From: the human T2T-CHM13v2.0 reference genome, Homo sapiens
Assembly: GCF_009914755.1 (NCBI RefSeq)
Contig: NC_060926.1
Reading direction: 5' to 3' (one strand)
DNA: 64,000 nucleotides
The translations under genes and the position numbers were made by a program. The notes beneath the pieces were generated by a model. That model was not told the origin of the DNA. It saw only the letters and a list, made by a program, of their open reading frames with translations, and made no database searches. This document shows, one piece after another, positions 1 through 17,472 of this stretch. Numbering within the stretch: the first letter of the stretch is position 1; the number at the start of each line of letters is the position of its first letter.

Positions 1-229
1 ATCATGGTTCCCTCTTGATTTGTTTATTTATAATTACTATCCCCATTCCCTTGTACAATCATTCTAATATATATAACAGAATTACTTTTAAAATGGGTGC
101 TTGTAAAATATACATTAGAAATTTGTATGCATGTATTTTTGTTTTATATGAATGGTGATTGCCAAAAATGCCATCATGTTTTTAGGCAGGGTGAGAGAGA
201 GAGAGAGAACCCTTTTTAAAATCTACTCT

Positions 230-1560
230 CAATACCATGCATCTATCTGCTGCTTAATATTCTATACAGTGTATCCTCCATATTTTACTTAATCAAGCCC
301 CAGTGATGGTCTCCCATTGCCTCAAAATTCTAACTCCCATAAACAAAACTACAACAAACATCTTTGCATGTGTTTCCTTTTGGATCTCCATGAGGTGCTG
401 TTATTATTGGGCCAAAAGGCTATCCACATATTCAATTTTGCTCTGAAGTGTAATATTCACTGGATGTGCCAGCCTGAATGAGGGAACACCCCCCACCAAC
501 TGATGATATAAAACTTTTCACTCAAGCCAATCTGATAGGTACAGTGTGATATTTCATTACTGCTTTAATTGGCTCTGATTACTGATGAATTTCAGCATTT
601 CTTCATATGCTTGAAGGCCTTTGGGATCTTTCTCTTCTAATTAATTATCTGTTCAGTCACAGGTCACATTGCAGAAGAACATGTGGGATGGAAGATATGG
701 AGTCCACCTTTGGAAACTATTAAATTATTCATCTTTTTCTATGGATGTTCTTTCTCTCTCTCTCTCGGCTCCATTATAAACCATACTCTTACACATGCCT
801 TGGTCTATCGGTGGGTTTTCAAGTCCTTACAATCTGTGAGGCAGATTCCTTCACTCCTTTCCTAGTTTCTTGTTTTAAAATGTTGAAGGGAAACAGTGTT
901 TGATACTGTTGATTCACCCTGTGAAAAGTACAAAATGGCTCAATTTGCTTCAGATCTGCTTTTATGTTTTTTAATCAAATATTAATTTCTTATACAAAGA
1001 GGTTTTCTGTATTATTTTAAAGACCTTATATTTTTGTTGCTAATATGAAGAATATCTTTATTTTTAGTTGTGGTTAGTTTGCTGTCATTGATTTTTGTAA
1101 ATATACATTTTTTTGTGGAGACTTTACCAAACACTTTTATAAGTGACCATGTTTTGTTGATTATTATTTCCATTTTTTCCCTAGGAGATAATCATATTAA
1201 ATTATTTAACATCATTATTTACATATACTGCAAATAATGGCACTTTTTAAAATTTTTTGATTCTGATATGTCTTATTTCTTTTTTCTTTCTTCCTGCATT
1301 AGATAGAAGTAATTCCATGTTAAGTTGTAATCTTCTCTTGTTCTAATGCTAGAGTTTCCCTTTAGGTACAGCACCATTTATACATATTTCATAGTTATCA
1401 AGGTAAGAAAGTTTCTCTATTTCAGGTCTGCCAGGGTTTATTTTTTAATCTTCTGTAAATGTTGAAGTTTATCAAAAGCAACCTCTATCCATGATGGAAA
1501 CCAGTCAATATGCTGAGACAATTAGATTACAGATGTTAAAAAATATAACATTGTTTTTTC
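230..1560 (-). mobile_element. Ancient, highly diverged L1M(E-like) ORF2/3' fragments
   Basis: T-rich antisense L1 phrases, e.g. 'gatatttcattactgctttaatt...ctgatgaatttcagcattttcttcatatgcttg'; boundaries approximate. Confidence 0.5.
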
Positions 1561-1732
1561 CATTGTTCATATGAACTTTCAAGAATTATTACCACATTTG
1601 CAATGTTTTAAGATCATGGTTACACATATTTATTTATTACATGATTAATTGATTTTATTGTTCATTTTAATTTTAGTGTAGCAGCTCCATGTTTGAGATC
1701 TTTATTTGTTTTTTAATGGACATCAGAAGTGA

Positions 1733-1980
<248 letters not shown>

Positions 1981-2295
1981 TAAACAAATATTTTTATATT
2001 GTATTTTGTCAGATTTTTAATTAAAAAATAAAAATTTACAAATTAGTCAATTCATCTTTTCCCTGACTGAGTCCTTGATTATATCCTGAAATCTTTCTAA
2101 CGACAACCATTAACATGAATGTAGAGTAAATCATTTCAGTCCACACCGCATCACGTGATTTTGAAAGTTTTCTCTTCCCCCATTTTTTCTTGGAGGTTTG
2201 GAATTACAGCTGGAGGTTCTATAATTTTGGTTGTCACCCTAAATTATTCAACATGCTTACATAAGATTGGAGAAAGTGATCGCGCTTTACCTGGT

Positions 2296-2470
2296 GAAAT
2301 CCGGCTTCAAGGGCAGGCAGCCTGCGCAGCTGCACGGGCCTCATACTCAAGACAGAGTTTGCACTTGGTTTAATGCTCCGCTTTCACGTTCTTTAAACTC
2401 TTAATACTTCGTCTTAGAACTTATATTTTGTAAGTGAAGTCTGATGGGCCAACTGAGCATGAGTGCATGC
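2296..2470 (+). mobile_element. MER45-family hAT DNA transposon fragment
   Basis: ccggcttca...cttggtttaatgctc...ttttgtaagtgaagtctgatggg resembles the MER45B/C left end. Confidence 0.65.
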
Positions 2471-2472
2471 AA

Positions 2473-3270
2473 AGGATTATCAGATGGGCCCAATCTCATT
2501 ACAGAAGCCCTTTAAAAGCTGAATTTTCTCTGTCGGGAGACAAGAAAAGTCAGAGAGATCTGAAGCCTGAGAAGGACGGAATGGGCTGCTGCCACCTTTG
2601 AAAATAGGTCATGTCCTTTGCAGGGATAAGGATGGTGCTGGAGGCCATTATCCTTAGAAAACTAACACAGGAACAGAAAACCACATACCAAATGTTCTCA
2701 CTTGTAAGTGAAAGCTAATGATGAGAACACATTGACACACAGAAGGGAACCACATGCCCTGGGGCCTATCAGAGGGTGGGGGTGGGTGGAGGGAGAGGAT
2801 CAGGAAGAATAACTAATGGGTAGTAGGCTTAATACCTGGATGACAAAACAATCTGTACCACAACCCGCATGACACAAGTTTACCTGTGTAACAAACCTGC
2901 ACTTGTACCCTTGAACTTAAAATCAAAGTTTAAAAAAAAGGAAAATGGGAAAAAGGAAAAAGAAGGAATTTGAACAGGCACTAAGAGGAGACAGTAGCCA
3001 CAGGAGACAGCCATTAAGGAAAGGGAAAACTCAGACCTATAACCTTAAAAACCTGAATTCTGACAACACACAAGTGACTTTGGAAACTAATTATTCCCAA
3101 GAGCCTCCAGATAACAGCTCCCTCAGCCAAGACCTTGATTTCAGCCTTGAGAGACTGAGCAGAGAATCTGACAGATCCTGCCTGGACTTCTGACCTACAG
3201 AACTATAAGATAACTGTGGGTTGTTTTAACCTATTAAATTTATAGTAATATAAACATCAATTGAAATAAT
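2473..3270 (+). mobile_element. MLT1(D/E-like) MaLR LTR interrupted by an L1 3' end
   Basis: ggattatc...gggcccaat..., cctgaattctgacaac, accttgatttcagccttgagagact, ggacttctgacctacagaactataagataa. Confidence 0.75.
2609..2940 (+). mobile_element. 5'-truncated L1PA(13-16-like) 3' end
   Basis: L1 3'UTR (ggaggccattatcctt...aacaaacctgcacttgtacccttgaacttaaaat) with A tail; TSD gaaaatRgg on both sides. Confidence 0.88.
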
Positions 3271-4512
3271 ATTATCCAGTACATCTCATACATCTTCTAC
3301 AATATGTGTGAGATCTTCAGTCTGTTACATGGAAAAATATTTAATTGATTATGTAGGTTTCTGTACTTTTAACAACTACCATTTAAAAATTTCTATTGAT
3401 ATTTTTAATTGCTTGCTGTACTTTTAGATGAAGATCACAGTTTGCCTGTCACTGGGGCCTAATACAGGTTATAATCTTGTGTTTGCCTTTCAGAGATTTT
3501 GGCCAGAAATACATCTACATGTACACATATATCCTATTTTTGTTTATTATTAAATTATGTATTTACTAATTTTGAAAGGTAGAAAGGAATCTCTACTAGA
3601 TACAAGGTTTCTTTTTATTTCAATTATTTAAGCCAGAAATTAAATGAGAAAATGCCGATCGTCTATCAACAATTTGGATATGTTCTGCTTTAGTTAGCTG
3701 GCTGTACATGCTCTCCAAGATGCTTGAGTAAATATCAACGTTAGTCATTTCATTGCTGAACAGTGTGAACTCATTCATGGATTTGCAGTTTGCCCTCACC
3801 TCCACCTGATCTGACTGGAGCACATCTAGTTCTTTCCACCATTTCATGTCTTTATGAGCCTATTGGCCTATATATATATTTCTCTGAAGGAACTGTGACA
3901 TCTACAGGTTAGCTAGGTTGCTCTCCTCACACTCAGATGACTTTCTTTTTAAAATCAGTGGTGTTAATGTCTCTCCTTCCTAAGCACATGTCTTAGCCTG
4001 TCATGTGCTTAAACTGTACATTGTAGACTGCTGTACACATTGAACTCTACTCAATGTTTCTTCAAAATCAAGAGATTTAGAATGTTTTCCAAGAGACCTT
4101 GTGGCTTCCAAAAACTCATTTTATCATTCACATGTTTTGAATTCTTGCTTGGCTAGTATTTTTCTCAATCTAGTCCTGTTTGCAGCACTCCTAATGATAG
4201 TTAAATTTTTTCTTGTGTATTAGTGACACTCTTGTTTTGTAATTCTTTTTAGATGCTTTTGTATGCATGTATGAGTATATATGAAAGTGTGTGTGTGTAC
4301 ATGTATCATCATTTAGTGGCATTTGTAAAGACCATACTTTAAATATGTAAATTTTTTAAAAAGAATATTTTTGGGAAATTTATTATTATCATTATTAACA
4401 GGTTCTTATCTAGATATTTGATATCTATATATGACATATCTATATATTGCATATTAAGCCCTTCTTTTTAATATGTGCTGCAGATACTTTTTTGGTATTA
4501 ATATATGAATAC

Positions 4513-4618
4513 CTCCCTATGTTGCCCAGGCTGGTCTCAAACTCCTGGGCTCAAAGAATCTGCCTGCCTCGTCCTTCCAAAATGTTGGGATTATAGGAGT
4601 GAGCCAGTGCACCCAGCC
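4513..4618 (-). mobile_element. FLAM/Alu left-monomer fragment
   Basis: ctatgttgcccaggctggtctcaaactcctgggctcaa...gtgagccagtgcacccagcc. Confidence 0.85.
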
Positions 4619-5336
4619 AGTATATTTGTATTTAATCTTTTTTACTGGTTGTTTAAGAAATAAAAGTTTGAAAACAATAATGGCTTGGTGTGTTTAGAAA
4701 GTTCTTTTGAATCCAAGTATAGATTAAAATTAAACTTGCCTGAAGCCTGCATCTTATTGATATTTTAAAATGTCATTTAATATTGATGAAACATATATAA
4801 ATTGATTTAGTAGCAAAAATTTCATTCAGCAGAAAGTTACTCTAAATAAAACTGACTTTCTAAACAACACACCCAACTATTAATATCAGATATTTTTTGA
4901 GAAGATGAGAAAGTGGGTTTACAACTATCTGAATGTATATCCTGAATTTTCTTAAAGAACCTATTTTTTTGTATTGTCCACATAAATGCTTGAGTTATCA
5001 AAATCCCAACAAGACTATTTTCAAAAATATATATCTATTAATTGCCTTCAGATTCAAAGCTAAATTATTTCCAATGTTTTATATCCTAATTTCAGAAGCA
5101 GATCATATTTTTCCCTTGAATATAACCTACGTAAGTCTATAAATCATGAAGTTTTGCTTACGGCAATGCAGTTGTCTTCCTTTTTTCTTGGGTATAAAGT
5201 AAGAGAAGATATGTAAATATTTGGATGAATATTCACAATTGGAAGAATTTCAGACACCAGTGACACCTTGGGTAATTAGCCAACATTTCAAGCTATCACA
5301 CAAATGATATTGCAAAGAAGAGTGACTTTAAATAAT

Positions 5337-6890
<1,554 letters not shown>

Positions 6891-6979
6891 CCAGGCCGGT
6901 TGCCCTGGCACTCGGGGAGGCGAGGCTACAGGTTCAAGGCCAACCTGGTGAACTTTGATTTACTATTAAAAAACAAAAA
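6891..6979 (+). mobile_element. 5'-truncated snaR/ASR-like 7SL-derived short retrocopy
   Basis: caggccggttgc...ggttcaaggccaacctggt plus A tail; Pol III B-box at 6931-6941; resembles recalled snaR motifs CAGGCCGGTTGC and GTTCGAGGCCAGCCTGGT. Confidence 0.65.
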
Positions 6980-7329
6980 GATTAGTCACCTATTTCTGGT
7001 AAAGTAACAAGTAAACATATCAAAATAAGAAAATGGAATATTTGAAAGTAATGACTTTATACTATACACTTATATCACCACTTTTCATTATCACTTACAT
7101 TGCACATCCAAAATACTTTTCTGTTTCTATTGAATAATTAGAAATAAATAAGACCTGATGCTGTCTTCAAGAAGCTTATAATAAGCAGCTAACATGTGGG
7201 CATGAAAATAGGATGATTAACAATATGAGAAAGCTCCAGAGACATGTCAAAGCAGTGGGTGTGGCTCAAAAGATGGGGTTACTTCTCCCAGTTTCCAAGC
7301 AAGAGGTACCACATGTCACCATGAGGGTC

Positions 7330-9200
7330 ACACTAGCAGAAAATGAAGAATAGAGAATGAAAGAAACAGAAAAAATATATATTGAAAGACTCAATGGTTG
7401 AAAGTTTCCCAAGTTGACGATAAACATTAAAAATATTAATCTACACATCCAAGAAGCTCAAAAAACTCCAAGCAGGCTAAAGGCACAAAAGGTCCACATC
7501 CAGACGTAATGTGGTAAAATGGTCGAAAGGCAAAGGTAAAGAGAATATCTTGTAAGATGCAAGTGATAGACAACTGTCACATGCCAGAAACCAAGATGAC
7601 ATCAACAGTTGACTTCTCATCAGAAATAATAGAGGCCACAGGCAAAACATCTTTCAAAAAAATAAAGGCAAAAAATACATTCTCACTTACTAAAGTAAAA
7701 CTAAGAGAATTTGTTGTTAGCAGATGCTCCTGACAAGAACTACTAAAGGAAATTCTTCAGGCCGAAAACACATACACTTAGATGGACATTTAAATCTAAA
7801 ACAGAAAACAAAGAGCACCAGGAAAGGCAATTATCAAGACACATATGTGGGAGGAAATTTTTGCATACCACATATCTGATAAGGGACACATTTTGCAAAC
7901 CATGTGTGTCTAGATGTATTCGTCTGTTCTCACACTGCCATAAAGATACTACCTGAGACTAGGTAATTTATGAATAAAAGAAGTTTAATTGACTCACAGT
8001 TCTGCATGGCTAGGGAGGCCTCGGGAAACTTACAATCATGTCGGAAGGGGAAAGGAAAGCAATCACCTTCTTCACAAGGCAGCAGGGTAGAGAGAGAGAA
8101 AGAAAGAGTGCGGGGAAACTGCCATTTTTAAAACCATCAGATCTTATGAGAACTCCCTCACTATCACTAGAGCAGCATGTGGAACCTCCCACAGAATCCA
8201 GTCACCTTCCACCAGGGCCCTCCCTCAACATGTGGGGATTACAATTCGAAATGAGAATTGGGTAGGACACAGAGCCAAATCATGTTACTAGAATATAGAA
8301 ATAACTGCTACAACTCAATAATAAAAAGACAATCCAATTAAATAATGAGCAAAGGATCTGAACACATGCTTCTCCAAATAAGATACACAATGTTTAATAG
8401 GCACTTGAAAAGATACTCAATGTAATTAGCTATCAAGAATGTGTAACACCACAACACTCAACACCACAATGAGATACTACTTTACACCCACTAGAAGGGC
8501 TATAATGAAAAGAGATATAAGAACAACGGTTGGCAAAGAGATGGATAAATTGGAACCTTCATACACTGCTGGTGAAAATATAAAATGGCGCAGGTACTTT
8601 GAAACATAGTTTGTAGCTCGTCAAAAGGTTAAACATAGAATTACCATATGACCCAGCCATTTTACTTTAGGTATGTAACCAGGAGAAATAAAAACATATG
8701 TCCATGAAAAATATGCCAAACAAATGTACATAGCAGCATTATTTATAATAGACAAAAAAATAGAGACAACCTAAATGTCCATCAACTGATGAATGGATAA
8801 ATAAAATGTAATATATTCATACAATGGTGTATTACTCAACAATAAAAAATGAAATACTGATATATTCTACAACATGGATTTGCCTTGAAAACAGCTCACG
8901 ATGTCAAAAAAAAAAAAAAAAAAAGGCAGTTGTGAAGGACTACATATTGTATTTCACTTATACAGGAAATTTAGAACAGGTAAATTTAAAAAAATAGATT
9001 AGTGATTGCCTGTGGTCTAGAGGGAGGCAGGAATGAGGAGTAACAGCAATGGGGCATGGAGTATATTTTGGCATAATGAAAATGTTCAAAAAATTATTAT
9101 GGTTATGAATGCACAAATTTGTGGAAAAACCATTGAATGGCTTGCTTGAATTGTGTGATTTATATCGTATGTGAATGATATTTCAATAAAGTTAACTTTT
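7330..9200 (+). mobile_element. Old L1M: ORF1 remnant joined to an ORF2 end/3'UTR (L1MB-like)
   Basis: aatctacacatccaagaagctcaaaaaactccaagcagg (ORF1); ttaccatatgacccagcc, aaatgtccatcaactgatgaatggataa, tttcaataaag (3' end). Confidence 0.8.
7915..8287 (-). mobile_element. MSTA-like MaLR solo LTR
   Basis: tgtatt...gttctcacactgccataaag...tttaattgactcacagttctgcatggct; perfect 5-bp TSD ctaga at 7910-7914 and 8288-8292. Confidence 0.9.
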
Positions 9201-9691
9201 TGAAAGAGTTGAAGTAAATTCCTTTTTAGTTTAAGTAGTTATGGTTGGGGTTTCAACACTGAGGACAATGTGGAGTTATTTAATTGAAGCTGGAAAAGGA
9301 TCCCTGGAGACCAACTCACCCTCTCATAAGTTTTCTCTATAACTGCATCTCCTGTGTCCAACTGCTTAAGCAAAGCAAACAAAACAAATGTGAAACTAAA
9401 AATATATTGAGTAACAAAAATATAAAATAAAGCTAAAATAACATATAGCATAAGAAGCCAAAGCAAGATTCAACCAACTGTATGAGTTAAAAATTAAATC
9501 ATAAAAATTATAAGAAATATATGATAAAATCAGTAAATATAACTAAGAATATCAGATGAGATGAAACACAGATAAAATAAATGCTAAATTGAATAATATT
9601 TGAGGTGCATTAAAAGAGCTTGAAGCAAAAAAAGTTAAATAAATGATAAAGTCAGTCATGTTATAATTAGATAAAATCTAACTATATACAG

Positions 9692-10053
9692 TGTATTATT
9701 CTGTTCTCAGGCTGCTAATGAAGATATACCCAAGACTGGGTAATTTATAAAGAAAAGAGTTTTAATTGACTCACAGTTCCATATAGCTGAGGAGGCCTCA
9801 CAATCATGGTGGAAGGCAAATGAGGAGCAAAGTCACACCTTACATGGCATTAAGCACAAGAATGTGCAGGGGAATTCCTTTATAAAACCATCAGATCTTG
9901 TGAGACTTATTCACTATCACAAGAACAGCATGGGAAAGAACCACTTCCATGATTTAATTACCTCCCACCAGGTCCCTCCCATGGCACATGGAAATTATGA
10001 GAGCTACATCTGAGATGAGATTTGGGTGGGGACACAAGAGTCAAACCATATCA
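9692..10053 (-). mobile_element. THE1(B/C-like) MaLR solo LTR
   Basis: tgtatta...gctgctaatgaagatatacccaagactggg...gagatttgggtggggacac...aaaccatatca. Confidence 0.92.
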
Positions 10054-11766
10054 GACACTAATACAAGTAAAAGACAATAGAAAATATCAAGCGCAAAACT
10101 TGAATAAATTTTTAAAATATGTTAGAGGCAAGATGGCTGACTAGACACAGCCACTGAAGAACTGGAATATTGGGAAGACTGAGGCACTCCAAGCAGATCT
10201 CCAGAAGGAATGCATCTGAGAATGGACAGAAGAAGGACACAGATGATGAGCTAAAGGGGAAAGAAACAGGGAAGCCTACACAGGGTTACAATGCCCTGGG
10301 ACTTGTTTCTGGCTGCCAACAACCATTGTGGAAGGGGTGAGCAGGGCAAGCCAAGAGCAACCTTTTCTTGCCACAGACCTCTGGAATCTTGGCAGCAGGA
10401 GACCCTACAACCCACAGAGACAGTTAAGCTGGCAGGGACAGCTGCTTAAAGAGGTGGTACTCAAGCCTGTGCAGTACTCAAGCCTGTGCAGGGCCCAGAC
10501 AGTTTAGTGCAGGAATATCTGCAGTGGAGCACAGCCAGCGATAACCCCCCGCCACCCCCCAACCCCCACACTCCCCATCCCAAGGCTTGCCATGCTTCCC
10601 TATGAGACTGTAGCCTTAGGGGAACTTTTGGACCTGAACAGAGCAGGGCAACCTTACCTATGAGATGGGCCACTCCAACCTGAGTGGTCTTCTGTCTTCT
10701 AGCCTTTCTCAGCGCCTGACATTGCCATGCCTGATTGCAGTGTAGGTTGGATGCCCTGCTGATGTGCCTCCAGAGACCCCGTATCATAGCTTCTGCATTG
10801 GCAAACCACACCTGACTATTGGAGAGCTCCACCAGAGTGGCCTTTACTGATGTGGCTTAGCACATCTGCACACCACCCCCACTTCAGCCTCTTCTGCACC
10901 ACTTTGCCAGCATGCACTTGCCCACAGTCACCCCCCATATCACTTCTCCAGTGCATGTGTGCTCAGGCAGATCTCACCTCTCCTTCCCTGCCAGTGTGTG
11001 TGTTTGATGCATGGACCCCACCATGCCACTGCTGCCAGCATGAGTGTACCCTACTCCCCTCCCTACTGCACCACCATTGCCAATCTAAATGCATGCATGG
11101 AGACCATCAACCCCATGCCACCACTGCCACTAGCATGAACATGCAAATAGAAGCTGCTTGCTCTGTGCCGACCAAATCCCCACAACTATGCCGATACCAT
11201 GGCAGACGTGAATATGTGCATGGACGCCTTGGTTCCACCTTGCACTGCCACTGCCGCGGGCATGAATACATTGATAGAAGCTGCCAGCCTTGCACCCACC
11301 AACACAGTATCCTTGCTCCAACACTGCCACAGCTACAAACACCTGCACAGAGGATATCACACCTGCGTTTGCCAGTACCTCACCCCAGTAGGTGAACATT
11401 CAACTTGCCATGCTGCCGCAGCTCCTGGCACACACAAATGAGCACAAATCCTGGTTCCACCACTCAATGAAGTGTTTTGGCTGTCATCACTCTTTGCAGT
11501 GTGGTAGCCATTGGTGCAAAATATCTTAGCTCCTGCAGCACAGCACGTTTCTAGCCTCAAAGGGCCAGAGAAGAGAGCCAGGGGTGATGCAATCCTGTTG
11601 GAGTTAGAGCATGCAGCCAAGCAATGCTGAGCTGAACCTCGGCCCTCTAAAATCTTCTAGAAATTAATGCAGTCCACTGAACCCACCTTACACCACAGTA
11701 AAACCACCAATGACATCAAAGCAGATAAAAACCAAAAAAAAAAAAAAAATCCAAAGGACAGCAACA

Positions 11767-12067
<301 letters not shown>

Positions 12068-12928
12068 AAAGGCACAGCAACTTTAAAGACTGAAGAAACA
12101 TCAGCCCACAAAGATGACAGAGAACCAGTGCAAGAACTCTGGCAACTAAAAACCCAGATTGTCTTCTTAACCTCCAAACGACCATACTAGTTTCCAAGAA
12201 ATGGTTTTAGCCAGGATAAAATGGCCGCAATGATAAAAACAGAATTCAGAATATAAGTAGAAAAAAAGATCATTGAGATTCAGTGGGAAATCAAAACCCA
12301 ATCAAAGGATTCTAAGGAATATGATAAAATTATAAAGGAAATGAAGGTTGAAATGGCCATTTTAAGAAAGAACCAAACTGAACTGACAGAGATGAAAAAC
12401 TCACTTCAAGAATTTCAGAACACAATCAAAAGTATTAACACCAGAACTAACCAAGCTGAGGAAAGAATTTCAGAGCTCAAAGACCAGTTCTCCAAAATAA
12501 CTCAGCCAGACAAAAATAAAGAAAAAACACTAAAGAAGAATAAACAAAATCTCTGAGAAATATGGGATTATGTAAAGAGACCAAATGTACAACTAATTGG
12601 CATCCATGAAGGACAGGAAGAGAAAGCAAGCAATTTGGAAAACACATTTCAGGATATCATCCATGAAAACTCCTCCAACTTCGCTAGAGAGGCCAACATT
12701 CAAATTAAGGAAATGCAGAGAACCCCTGTGAAATACTACACAAGAAGACCATCCACGAAACACATAGTCATCGGATTCTCTGAGGTCAAAATGAAAGCAA
12801 ACATGTTAAAGGCAGCTACAGAGAAAGGACAGGTCACCTACAAAGGGAACCCTAACAGGTTAATAGTGGATCTCTCAGCAGAAACCCTATAAGTCAGAAG
12901 AGACTGGGGTTTGACATGCAGCACTCTT

Positions 12929-14981
<2,053 letters not shown>

Positions 14982-16903
14982 TGCAGCACTCTTAAAGAAA
15001 AGAATTTCTAATCAAGAATTTCATATCCAGTCAAACTAAGCTTCATCAGTGAAGGAGAAATAAAATCGTTTTCAGACAAACAAATGCTAATGGAATTTGT
15101 TACCACCAGACCTGCCTTACAAGAGATTGTTAAGGGAGTGCTAAAACTGGAAAGAAAAGACCATTATCAGCCACCACAAAAACACACTTAAGTACATAGG
15201 CCAGTGACACTATAAAGCAACCACACAACAAGTCTACATAATAACCAGCTAAAAACACAATGACAGGATCAAATCTGCCCATATCAATAGTAACCTTGGA
15301 TGCAAATAGACTAAATTCCCCTAGGAAAAGGCACAGAGTGGCAAGTTCGCTAAAAAGTCAAGACCCAACAGTATGCTTTCTTCAAGAGATCCATCTTAGA
15401 TGCAATAACACCCACAGGCACAAAGAAATGGAGTAAACTCTACCAAGTAAACAAAAAATCAGAAAAAAACAGGGACTGCTATTCAATTTCAGACAAAAAA
15501 GACTTTAAACCAACAAAAATCTAAGAAGACAAAGAAGGAGATAGCATATTGGTAAATGACTCAATTCAACAAGAAGGCCCGACTATTCTAAATATATATG
15601 TGCCCAACACTCAGATACATAAATCAAGTTCTTAGAGACCTATGAAAAGACTTAAATAACGACATAATAATAGTTGGAGACTTCAACACCTCACTGATGG
15701 TATTAAACAGATCATCAGTGCAGAAAACTAACAAAGATATTCAGGACCTGAACTAGACACGTGACAAAATGAACCTGTCATGTGTCTATAGTAGATAGAC
15801 ATCTAAAGAACTCTCCACCTAAAACAACAAAATATACATTCTTCTCATCTGCACATAGCACATACTCAAAGACCAAACACACAAATGACATAAAACAATA
15901 TTCAACAAATTAAAAAATTCAAAATCATACCATGCACATTCTTGGATCACAGTGCAATAAAAAAAAGATTAATATTAAGAAAATCACTCAAAATGATAAA
16001 ATTACATGGAAATTAAACAACCTGCTCCTGAATCACTTTTAGGTAAATAATTAAATTAAGGCAGAAATCAATAAATTTTTTGATACTAATAAGAACAAAG
16101 GCACAACATTCCAGAATCTTTGGAACACAACTAAAGCAGTGTTAAGAGAGTAGTTTTAGCAGTAAAAGCCCACATCAAAAATTTAGAAAGATCTTAAATT
16201 AACAACCTAACATCACCACTAGAGGAATTAGAGAACCAAGAGCAAACGAACACCAAATGTAGCAAAAGATAAGAAATAGCCAATATCAAAGCTCTGAACT
16301 GAAGAAAATTGGAAGTAACAAACCATACAAAAGATCAATGAATGATTAATTTTTTCTCTGAAATAATTAAGATATATAGACTACCAGCTAGACTAATAAA
16401 GAAAAAAGAAGAGAAGATCCAAATAAACACAACCAGAAATGACAAAGGAGATACTACCACTGACCCAACAGAAATACAAAAAAACCCTCAGAGACTGCTA
16501 TGAATACCTCTGTGAACACATTCTAGAAAACCTAGAAGACATGAATAAATTCCTCTAAACATACTATCTCCCAAGGTTGAACCAGGAGGAAATTGAATCC
16601 TTGAACAGATGAGATCTAAAATTGTGTCAGATATAAAAAGTCTACAAACCAGAAAAATTCATCCCAGGATCAGATGGATACATAACCAAATTCTACCAGG
16701 CATATAAAGAAGAGCTGGTACCATTCCTATTGAAATTATTCCAAAAAATTGAGGAGGAGGGACTATTTCCTAACTCATTTGTTATCATCCTGATGCCAAA
16801 ACCTGGCAGAGGCACAACAAAAAAAGAAAACTTCAGGCCAGTATCTTTGATGGACATGGATGCAAAAATTCTCAAGAAAATACTAGCAAACTGAACCCAA
16901 TAG

Positions 16904-17472
16904 TGAAATGACATCACTGTTTAGGGTGATACCTGAGATTCATTGTCCCATGGCCATGGAAGACTAGGATGCAGACACACCAGAGTGAGGTTGAGAGTGG
17001 AAGTTTAATAGGTGAAAGAAAGAGAAAAACTCTCTGTGCAGAAAAGGGTCTTCGAGAAAAAAATCTGCAGAAGTTTTATAGATGAGCTTGTCTGGTTTAC
17101 ATAGGGCATGAAAGATTGGTTGGACCACGTGTACCATTTGCATAGTACACAAAGAAGCTGGCTGCCCCACTCTAAACTTTTATTATGCATATGGGTTCTC
17201 TACCTAGTTCGTGCCATGTTGCCTGCTTTCTTTTACTGTACACGTGGTGACAAAGAAAAGGGAAGATGGAGCCTCCATGTTGAACATACCTGGCTTCCAG
17301 GTAGCCTTTTCCTATTGGCACAGCTGCCAGCATTCACCTGTGCAAGTTTCCAGCTTGTTTATCTATGTTTGCAGCTTGATTTTACAGGCTGCTCTTTGTT
17401 AAAAAGGAAGCCTTGCTGAGACTCATTAACATCACCATCTGGATAAATAATTTATTTTTAGTTCCTGTATCA
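16904..17472 (-). mobile_element. ERV1 solo LTR (MER4-group; LTR29/MER83/MER84-like, subfamily uncertain) in L1 ORF2
   Basis: TG...CA termini; interrupts a contiguous L1 ORF2; 4-bp TSD atag/ataa; attaaa poly(A) signal on the minus strand near 17005. Confidence 0.8.

Noticed and set aside
7915-10053. MST and THE1 LTRs as two ends of one provirus
   Set aside because: Different subfamilies; the MST has its own TSD and the intervening DNA is L1, not MaLR internal sequence
10850-11395. Longest ORF (181 aa, Cys/His-rich)
   Set aside because: Lies in a repetitive L1 5'UTR; low-complexity, no recognisable domain or zinc-finger spacing
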